From the IMG/VR virus record IMGVR_UViG_3300027751_000013: 20,000 bases of DNA; one strand, given 5' to 3'. The DNA is from an uncultured virus (IMG/VR IMGVR_UViG_3300027751_000013) (Duplodnaviria; Heunggongvirae; Uroviricota; Caudoviricetes). Positions within the stretch are counted from its first letter, which is position 1. Each line of letters starts with the position of its first letter. The notes beneath the pieces were generated by a model, which was not told the origin of the DNA, did no database searches, and saw only the letters and a program-made list of their open reading frames with translations. The position numbers and the translations under genes were made by a program. Below are positions 1 through 5,991 of this stretch, one piece after another.

Positions 1-2
1 CA

Positions 3-86
3 GAAGAGATGAGGTTGAAGAAGGAACCATATAGTCTTCAGAGTAATGAAAAGACTAAGAGAGGTAAGAAGAGTAATAAAGTCTAA
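3..86 (+). CDS. 3' end of a CDS running in from the left edge (partial, hypothetical)
   Basis: Frame 3 is open from the window edge (EEMRLKKEPYSLQSNEKTKRGKKSNKV) to TAA at 84-86, leaving a 16-nt A-rich spacer before ATG 103. Confidence 0.35.
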   Translation, partial: EEMRLKKEPYSLQSNEKTKRGKKSNKV

Positions 87-102
87 CATTAATAAAACGT
101 TT

Positions 103-303
103 ATGAAAGAAGGTAGTTACGAAGAAGTAAAGTATGGAGATGAGACATTTAAAATAGATAAGTCGACAGGTAAGATTGAGACGAACTATACAATGAAGAA
201 CTCTCAAGGAAGGACAATAAAGCAAGAAGAGGATAGTGCTAAGATAATAGGCATTGCTATAATAGCTTTGATTGTATTAGGAATCGTTTTAGTATTTGTA
301 TAA
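103..303 (+). CDS. Small hypothetical membrane-anchored protein
   Basis: ORF track gives 46..303. ATG 103 is preferred because it follows an A-rich leader (AATAAAACGTTT) and avoids overlap with the upstream partial ORF. C-terminal hydrophobic helix IIGIAIIALIVLGIVLVFV. Confidence 0.6.
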   Translation: MKEGSYEEVKYGDETFKIDKSTGKIETNYTMKNSQGRTIKQEEDSAKIIGIAIIALIVLGIVLVFV

Positions 304-304
304 G

Positions 305-379
305 ATGGATGATGAAAGGATTTACAAAGCGATAGAAGATTCTATTTTAGAGGAGTGGAAGAGGACGGAGTTGGAGTGA
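305..379 (+). CDS. Possible 24-aa microprotein (MDDERIYKAIEDSILEEWKRTELE)
   Basis: ATG lies 1 nt after the upstream TAA; amphipathic helical composition; below the ORF-track length cutoff. Confidence 0.35.
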   Translation: MDDERIYKAIEDSILEEWKRTELE

Positions 380-398
380 GGGGGCGCTTTCCTCTCTC

Positions 399-413
399 GA
401 CAACGAAGTTGTC
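399..413. other. Perfect hairpin GACAAC-GAA-GTTGTC within a GC-rich island
   Basis: 6-bp stem with C-GAA-G triloop read directly; GC-rich context 375-420 in an AT-rich genome. Confidence 0.5.
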
Positions 414-667
414 ACGCGCATATTTCACGAAAGGTCCTACCATCCTTCCTTACATTCTACAATAAGGACAAATATGTGATAACAAGCAAAGCTTGTCTCT
501 GAGGTAGTTAGTGATTTGGGTGAACACTTCATATTAAACCCTAACGAACCTATAAGAGAGATAAGGATACATATGGTAGATAGAGGGTAAATGGCTTATT
601 TCTACTTAAGTATAGAACATATTGTAAGTGTATAGATAATACCTAATGGAGACAACGCTATATGGGG

Positions 668-737
668 TTAAAGACATCTAAAGATTATCTATAGAAACCT
701 AAAGACAACTAAAGAAGAACTAAAGATTCTATATAGA
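668..737. repeat. Helically phased (C)TA(A/T)AGA repeat array, cluster 1
   Basis: Units start at 668, 678, 689, 699, 709, 720, 731 (spacings 10,11,10,10,11,11); 668 and 731 differ at the first base. Confidence 0.8.
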
Positions 738-858
738 TCAATAGGAATAGAGTGTGTAGAATAATGAAGGCTTGTGAATGGAATGAGATATATAAAGTAC
801 AGGCGTGTGCCTCCCTCCCTTCCCTTTTCAAAATTCTATAGAAAATATATGGTCAAAT

Positions 859-891
859 AGTTGCCGGCCTGCCATATTCTTCTTATATTAA
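859..891 (+). promoter_or_regulatory. Putative host-sigma (Bacteroidota-type -33/-7) early promoter
   Basis: AGTTG (TTG 861-863), exactly 20 nt, TATATTAA (884-891); same geometry at four other sites; upstream of ORF 916. Confidence 0.7.
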
Positions 892-915
892 GGTATAATT
901 AAAAAGATAAAGGTT

Positions 916-1269
916 ATGACTTATTCAGAGAGAGTAAAAGCAGCTAAGACAATCATCAACGCAGTTAAGGTATTAAAGGACAAAGAGTACATCGTTGTAA
1001 CTTATGGTACAGATTACAATAACGTACCTCAGGAGTATAGGATTTCTTGCAGCATATACAAAGAGGGTAAGCCTTCTTATAGCATTTACCGTAATGAGGT
1101 ATGGGCTTTAGGTGGTATGAACATAGAGTCATTTACCAATACATTGGCTAAGGCTTATACTTACGATATGATGAGACAGAGAACTGCTTATAACTTTCCA
1201 TTGTGTGAGATGGTATTAGTAGAAGAGCCTTTTAAAGAACAAGTTAATACTAGTGAGTGGGGTATCTAA
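916..1269 (+). CDS. Hypothetical phage protein (early)
   Basis: 117-aa ORF with its own promoter motif and AAAGGTT-ATG leader; no recognised domain. Confidence 0.75.
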   Translation: MTYSERVKAAKTIINAVKVLKDKEYIVVTYGTDYNNVPQEYRISCSIYKEGKPSYSIYRNEVWALGGMNIESFTNTLAKAYTYDMMRQRTAYNFPLCEMVLVEEPFKEQVNTSEWGI

Positions 1270-1294
1270 AGAGAATCTAAAGAGAGTCTATAGA
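1264..1294. repeat. Phased repeat cluster 2 (3 units, 11-bp period) overlapping the RHH start codon
   Basis: ATCTAAAGAGAATCTAAAGAGAGTCTATAGA; units at 1266, 1277, 1288; last A is the A of ATG 1294. Confidence 0.8.
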
Positions 1295-1554
1295 TGAAAG
1301 AAAGAATAACTATACAAATAGATAGAGAGGTAGCTGAGACCATAAAGGAGTTATATCCAGATATGTCTTATACAGTAGCTCTAAGGCTATTACTTGATAC
1401 ATCTAAAGAGAGTCTAAAGAAAGTCTATAGACCTCCTACCATACATACGCCTACTACAGACAATATGGCTAGTCTAGATGATATAAAGGAATTAAAGGAT
1501 AAGTTCTCTTCTGTACTGGACAACCTAATCAAAAAGAATAAGTTAAAGGTATAA
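1294..1554 (+). CDS. Ribbon-helix-helix (CopG/Arc/ParG-like) DNA-binding protein, putative
   Basis: N-terminus MKERITIQIDREVAETIKELYPDMSYTVALRLLL shows the RHH pattern: alternating beta-strand RITIQI, helix A, turn, S-capped helix B. C-terminal amphipathic helix after a P/T-rich linker. Confidence 0.6.
   Translation: MKERITIQIDREVAETIKELYPDMSYTVALRLLLDTSKESLKKVYRPPTIHTPTTDNMASLDDIKELKDKFSSVLDNLIKKNKLKV
1401..1432. repeat. Phased repeat cluster 3 (3 units, 11-bp period) inside the RHH CDS
   Basis: ATCTAAAGAGAGTCTAAAGAAAGTCTATAGAC; units at 1403, 1414, 1425; 29/31 identical to cluster 2. Confidence 0.8.
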
Positions 1555-1636
1555 GAGAGATTCCGGAAATTAGTAGGGTAGGTTTATATCACCTTGATGG
1601 CACCTTGCTATAACACTGCCAGTATAGTTCCCTAAG

Positions 1637-1668
1637 AGGTTGGGCATCGGCTCGGCTGCGCCATACCT
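1637..1668. terminator. Possible hairpin/terminator between convergent genes
   Basis: AGGT/ACCT, TGG/CCA, GCA/TGC pairings with two single-base bulges; lies between the 1554 (+) and 1726 (-) gene ends; weak U-tract. Confidence 0.3.
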
Positions 1669-1725
1669 GGTTTCATATTTCTGATGATTTTTCACTATAT
1701 AGGGTTATATATATTTATATATTGT

Positions 1726-2151
1726 TTATATAATAGAGATTGTAGAACCAAATACCGTCAAAGATATACGTGTACCTTGTTGTATCTTAGGAAGTCTATG
1801 TAGAGTAGTAGAACTAAACACTCCTTCCTCCATCTCAAAGCCATTTACTACTAATTTAGTATTACATTCAGAGGGTTTTAACTCGCATACATACGCCCAT
1901 TTACGCCTAAAGTTATTATCCATATGTTCGTTAAAGAAGTCTCCTTCCTTCCATGTGTGTATATGGTAGGTATCGTATTCAGTTGATATATCAATACCTT
2001 CAAATGAGTATATATGTTCTTTTAATTCCTTATGGAAGGGTACTTTACTGTAATGTGTATTAGTATACTTATAACTTCTATCTGGCCGATTATATGATTC
2101 TTGGTCGATATTTCTATTTCGTATAAACCAGTCTTTATATTCTTGTTTCAT
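1726..2151 (-). CDS. 2OG-Fe(II) oxygenase (prolyl-hydroxylase-like)
   Basis: Facial triad motifs: EGDFFNEHMD (HxD), distal LHRL, and TRISLTVF (RxS 2-oxoglutarate-binding); the only convincing minus-strand gene. Confidence 0.8.
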   Translation of the reverse strand: MKQEYKDWFIRNRNIDQESYNRPDRSYKYTNTHYSKVPFHKELKEHIYSFEGIDISTEYDTYHIHTWKEGDFFNEHMDNNFRRKWAYVCELKPSECNTKLVVNGFEMEEGVFSSTTLHRLPKIQQGTRISLTVFGSTISII

Positions 2152-2216
2152 TATGTCAAAGACCTATTGTGTTACTATATATGTTGATCCCTCTATGGGT
2201 ACGGTTTCTCTATAAT

Positions 2217-2249
2217 ATAAGATACGATTTCTCTCTCTACTTTCCAACT
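2217..2249 (-). promoter_or_regulatory. Putative early promoter on the minus strand for the 2OG-Fe(II) oxygenase
   Basis: Reverse complement reads AGTTG, 20 nt, TATCTTAT (TTG = 2247-2245; -7 box = 2224-2217). Confidence 0.65.
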
Positions 2250-2342
2250 GTTTTCACAAAATACTTGGGGAAATTTTTTGGCAAAATTTTTCGGTATATA
2301 GGGGGTGTCTTCTTATATTGATAATATACGAACTATTTATCG

Positions 2343-2774
2343 ATGATGAAACAAATAGATAAAGATACATTATTCTCAATCTTCGAACAAGGAGATGAAG
2401 AAGTATACATGGAGCATGGAGTTAAAGATGTTCTAGACAATCCTTTTGTTTTAATGGGAATGATACTTAGAGGTTTAGAGAACTTTGAACTAATGGATAT
2501 GATGTATAAAAGAAACTATCCAGAAGAATATGAGAATGTAAAGAACCTTATAAAATACAAATACTACAATAAGTTATATAGATACCTTACAAAAATAGAC
2601 AGTAGGTGTTTTAAAGATGAGTATACAATAGGAGAGGCTTTTGATAGTGAGAATGTATATAAGGCTTTAGATGACCTAAGAGTATACTATGAAGTTATAG
2701 AGGAATACGAAAAATGTTCGGTTATAAAGAATTTTAGAGAACTTTTAATAGATAAAGTTGTTACTTTAAAATAG
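2343..2774 (+). CDS. Hypothetical phage protein with a C-terminal UVR-like helical motif
   Basis: 143-aa ORF; C-terminal YYEVIEEYEKCSVIK resembles the UvrB/C-type 'E.YE.A/C..I' motif; preceded by TCTTATATTG (2311-2320) and TATTTAT (2334-2340). Confidence 0.7.
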   Translation: MMKQIDKDTLFSIFEQGDEEVYMEHGVKDVLDNPFVLMGMILRGLENFELMDMMYKRNYPEEYENVKNLIKYKYYNKLYRYLTKIDSRCFKDEYTIGEAFDSENVYKALDDLRVYYEVIEEYEKCSVIKNFRELLIDKVVTLK

Positions 2775-2788
2775 TTTTCTTATCTTTA
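2756..2788 (+). promoter_or_regulatory. Putative early promoter
   Basis: AGTTG (TTG 2758-2760), 20 nt, TATCTTTA (2781-2788); overlaps the end of the upstream gene. Confidence 0.7.
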
Positions 2789-2816
2789 TGTATAGAAACA
2801 AAATAAAGGTTATATT

Positions 2817-3347
2817 ATGTCAAAAACTCAAGAGGGATTCAAAGTCACTAAGATATCCCCAGATCAAGCTTCTGAGCTTATTGCTTGCAATGATGACCAA
2901 TTAGGTACCCCTGCAGCACACTTTACATTAACACCTTCCACTAATAGTAATTACCCGGCCTCTGAAGGATGGGAAGATGTTAGGTACTACACCAACCGAC
3001 CCAGGCATATACAAATGCCAAAAGGTATTACTAACTGTCAATGGATATACATCCTCTCTAATGAAACGATGCCCGGTCTTGTTAAGATTGGCTTTACAAA
3101 GAATAAACCTTCGGAGAGAGTTAAGCAGATCAATGCTGCGACAGGAGTCGCATTAGACTTCTCGGTCGAATGGGCTTACCCTTGCTTTAACGCACATGAT
3201 CTTGAAAAAGAGATACATATCTACCTTGAGAATCAAGGCTTCCGAGTAAATAAAAAGAAGGAATTCTTTAATATTACGATTGAACAGGCAAGATCTGTTA
3301 TCGAACGTATAGGAGAACCTTATAGGATGGAAGTATTCCAAGACTAA
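2817..3347 (+). CDS. T5orf172/MUG113-like GIY-YIG superfamily protein
   Basis: WIYILSN..PGLVKIGFT...ERVKQIN...LEKEIH..L...RV...KEFF matches the T5orf172 pattern; ~75-aa N-terminal extension. Confidence 0.85.
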   Translation: MSKTQEGFKVTKISPDQASELIACNDDQLGTPAAHFTLTPSTNSNYPASEGWEDVRYYTNRPRHIQMPKGITNCQWIYILSNETMPGLVKIGFTKNKPSERVKQINAATGVALDFSVEWAYPCFNAHDLEKEIHIYLENQGFRVNKKKEFFNITIEQARSVIERIGEPYRMEVFQD

Positions 3348-3364
3348 AAACTTCGTGGCAACTT

Positions 3365-3391
3365 CGCGCGTTTTGCGCGGCGGCGTAGCCG
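3365..3391. terminator. GC-rich tandem hairpins after the GIY-YIG gene
   Basis: CGCGC-GTTTT-GCGCG (3365-3379) and CGGC-GTA-GCCG (3381-3391), followed by TTATATTTT. Confidence 0.45.
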
Positions 3392-3419
3392 TTATATTTT
3401 CCATATAAAGCGCCCAAAA

Positions 3420-3452
3420 AGTTGCACACCTGCTTTTTTCTTCTTATATTTA
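3420..3452 (+). promoter_or_regulatory. Putative early promoter
   Basis: AGTTG (TTG 3422-3424), 20 nt, TATATTTA (3445-3452). Confidence 0.7.
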
Positions 3453-3470
3453 GTAAACAAAATAAAGGTT

Positions 3471-4076
3471 ATGTATAAATTTAATGTTTTTCTGCTATTA
3501 GTAGCGGCTTCTTTACTATCTTGTTCACCTTCCGACGACTTTTCTCCTACTTGTCCATCTGGAGATTGTGAAGCAGGGGTTGTTTTTCCTGTTCAACCGG
3601 ATGAGAATGGGTACTACCATGTGAAATTAGATTGGACTCGTGAGTATTTGCCTTATTTCTCGGTAGATGCTTATGCCGAACCTACTTCTCCGGAGTACCA
3701 TTACAATAATTCACCTTTTGTAACTGCTAGATTTGATTCTAATTTAGTCTGGACGATTGGTGATACGTTGGTTATGCCGGATTACTACTACAATCCATTC
3801 GGATCCGATAGAACTTCGTCGGGAACAGTGCTTCCAAGTGAAAAAATAGAGGTTTTACTCAATCAATTCAAAGGAATTCAAGTAAATGTTGCACAAAACA
3901 CCGAAATTTACTTTTCAGATAAGGGAAATTCAAAACTATACACAAAAAGAGTACTTGGACCATTCCCTCCAGAGTCAATTGGGGATACTATTACCCTATA
4001 TATGGAGGTATTTTGGGATGCAGGAGTGGAATCTCAAATAAAAAACCACTACAGACAAAAATTTATTGTAGAGTAG
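3471..4076 (+). CDS. Phage-encoded lipoprotein
   Basis: Signal peptide II MYKFNVFLLLVAASLLS-C18 followed by acidic SPSDDF; beta-rich mature region. Confidence 0.75.
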   Translation: MYKFNVFLLLVAASLLSCSPSDDFSPTCPSGDCEAGVVFPVQPDENGYYHVKLDWTREYLPYFSVDAYAEPTSPEYHYNNSPFVTARFDSNLVWTIGDTLVMPDYYYNPFGSDRTSSGTVLPSEKIEVLLNQFKGIQVNVAQNTEIYFSDKGNSKLYTKRVLGPFPPESIGDTITLYMEVFWDAGVESQIKNHYRQKFIVE

Positions 4077-4107
4077 TTGATTCTTTAAATTATTTTTCAT
4101 ACCTTCA
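4075..4107 (+). promoter_or_regulatory. Putative early promoter
   Basis: AGTTG (TTG 4077-4079), 20 nt, TACCTTCA (4100-4107); upstream of the HD/sigma operon. Confidence 0.6.
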
Positions 4108-4230
4108 TATTATATAATTAATAAAATATATATAAGTATATAAATATATATAAATAATAACTATATAATCAATAATAAAATAGAATATAATAATATATTA
4201 ATAGTATATATAATATAAATTTAATAAATA
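4107..4230. other. Extremely AT-rich non-coding tract
   Basis: About 124 bp with only about five G/C bases by direct reading. Confidence 0.8.
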
Positions 4231-4243
4231 CAAAAGGTTATCT

Positions 4244-4978
4244 ATGTTACAAGCAGAACAAATTCAAGGCAATTGGGATAAACATATTAAGATTGTTAAC
4301 CACTATATTACCGGAGAACGTAAGGAAAAGGTATTAGCTATGTTGGAAAAACTTTCCGATATCTACGTTATGGCTCCTGCTAGCGGTAAATCTTGGTACC
4401 ATAATGCTTTTCCCGGTGGATATGTTGACCATGTTAATAGAGTTGTTCAATATGCCGTAAAACAGAAAGACCTTTACCTTCAAATGGGTGGGATAGTAGA
4501 CTTTTCCGATGAAGAGTTAGTATTTGCTGCTTTATTTCATGATTTAGGTAAGATAGGTGATGGAGAGGGTCCAAATTATATTCCTCAAACTGATAAATGG
4601 AGACAAGATAAGTTATCTGAGATGTATACGCCTAATCCTGATTTAGACTTTATGCTTATACCGGACAGATCTCTATTTTTACTTCAGAAGTTTGGCGTTA
4701 CAGTTAACCAAAAGGAATACTTAGGTATCAGATGTCATGATGGTGTGTTTGACGATGCTAATAAAGCTTATTTCTTTAGCAATCAAGAATCTTCCAGACA
4801 AAAGACAGCTTTGATATCTATTTTACATTCAGCTGACTTTTTAGCTTCTAAGGTGGAGTATGATATGTGGAAATCACAAGGTGGTACTACTAAACCAAAA
4901 AGTGAAAAGATTACTTCTTCGACAGGAAGACCGGTAAAAGCTTCAGAAGGTCTAACTAACATGTTAAAAAACTTATAA
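4244..4978 (+). CDS. HD-domain phosphohydrolase (YhaM/TraI_2-like HD subtype)
   Basis: APAS...YHNAFPGGYVDH, LFHDLGK, CHDG and LHSAD motifs give the H...HD...H...D metal-binding set. Confidence 0.85.
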   Translation: MLQAEQIQGNWDKHIKIVNHYITGERKEKVLAMLEKLSDIYVMAPASGKSWYHNAFPGGYVDHVNRVVQYAVKQKDLYLQMGGIVDFSDEELVFAALFHDLGKIGDGEGPNYIPQTDKWRQDKLSEMYTPNPDLDFMLIPDRSLFLLQKFGVTVNQKEYLGIRCHDGVFDDANKAYFFSNQESSRQKTALISILHSADFLASKVEYDMWKSQGGTTKPKSEKITSSTGRPVKASEGLTNMLKNL

Positions 4979-4980
4979 TA

Positions 4981-5286
4981 ATGGTACAGTACATAGTAAT
5001 TACAGTATTAGTTGTATTCTCCGGAATTTTATCTTATCTTATATATAACCTACTAAGAAAAGTAGAGAAATATGAAGATATAACCTTAGATCAAACTAAA
5101 TACTTACAGAACATATCGAACATAATAGCAGAATCTCAACAACACCTTTCAAAGTTAGATGAAAATGGGGTATTTCAATCTGATGATGAGGTTGGAGAAT
5201 TCTTTAAACAAATGCAAGCAATACAGACTGAGCTAGACAAATACATGCTCCCCGAAAACTATGGCAAGGAAGAAATCCAAAGCTAA
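4981..5286 (+). CDS. Hypothetical membrane protein (N-terminal TM plus coiled coil)
   Basis: Hydrophobic N-terminus YIVITVLVVFSGILSYLIYNLL followed by RK and a helical region; overlaps the next gene by 26 nt. Confidence 0.75.
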   Translation: MVQYIVITVLVVFSGILSYLIYNLLRKVEKYEDITLDQTKYLQNISNIIAESQQHLSKLDENGVFQSDDEVGEFFKQMQAIQTELDKYMLPENYGKEEIQS

Positions 5287-5965
5287 CTACTTTACCTCAG
5301 AAACAGAAGATTATATAGTAAAATATAACCAATCAACTGATCACGATTACAGAGCTAAAATATTTACAGACCACATTTATTTACCGTTTTATAAATTAGC
5401 GGAAAATATAATACATACATTTAAATTCTACTACACGGATGTAGAGCGGATAGAAGACCTCAAACACGAGGTCGTTTCTGTTTTACTTGAACAGAAGATA
5501 GATAAGTTCGATCCTACGAACGGAGCTAAAGCATATTCTTATTTTGGTACAATAGTTAAAAGATGGTTAATTAACTACAATAATATTAACTACAAAAAAC
5601 TAAAACAGATAGGTTCCTTTTCTGATATAGAAGAATCATATGAAACAACAGGAGACCCAGATTTTTCTAACGCTAGGACATTGAGTACATTTGTAGACGA
5701 ATGGGTTGAAGAGATGTATAACGAAATTGATTATATATTTCCTAAATCTGATGAGTTAAAAATAGCAGATGCTGTTTTGACTATATTTAAAACAAGGAAC
5801 GATTTAGATATATTTAAGAAAAAAGCTTTATATATCTATATAAGAGAAATGACTGATTGCGAAACACCGCAACTAACTAAAGTATTAAATGTACTTAAAA
5901 GCAATTTCTACGAAAAATACCAACATTACTACGATCTAGGTCTTCTTTCCCGAAAACCATTGTAA
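5261..5965 (+). CDS. Phage sigma factor, T4 gp55-like late transcription sigma (putative)
   Basis: N-terminal K...NYF motif and sigma region-2 signature IDKFDPTNGAKAYSYFGTIVKRWLI; sits immediately upstream of the structural operon. Confidence 0.75.
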   Translation: MARKKSKANYFTSETEDYIVKYNQSTDHDYRAKIFTDHIYLPFYKLAENIIHTFKFYYTDVERIEDLKHEVVSVLLEQKIDKFDPTNGAKAYSYFGTIVKRWLINYNNINYKKLKQIGSFSDIEESYETTGDPDFSNARTLSTFVDEWVEEMYNEIDYIFPKSDELKIADAVLTIFKTRNDLDIFKKKALYIYIREMTDCETPQLTKVLNVLKSNFYEKYQHYYDLGLLSRKPL

Positions 5966-5968
5966 CTC

Positions 5969-5976
5969 TATTTATA
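5969..5976 (+). promoter_or_regulatory. Putative late promoter TATTTATA
   Basis: In the short gap before ATG 5992; the same octamer occurs at 8359 and 16764. Confidence 0.6.
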
Positions 5977-5991
5977 ATAAAACTATAAACT

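Noticed and set aside
46..102. ORF-track start at 46 for the first membrane protein
   Set aside because: Overlaps a plausible upstream partial CDS; ATG 103 has a better leader, although this is not certain.
668..737. CRISPR-like interpretation of the short repeats
   Set aside because: Units are 7-8 bp with 3-4 nt gaps, not 23-50 bp repeats with unique spacers; no cas genes.
2817..3347. Homing endonuclease within an intron or other mobile element
   Set aside because: Free-standing with its own promoter; no interrupted host gene or intron structure apparent.
3153..3404. Minus-strand 83-aa ORF
   Set aside because: Antisense to the well-supported T5orf172 gene and runs through a hairpin island; no motif or promoter.
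4139..4156. Two T4-consensus TATAAATA octamers
   Set aside because: Expected by chance inside a near-pure A/T tract; not seen upstream of the structural genes.
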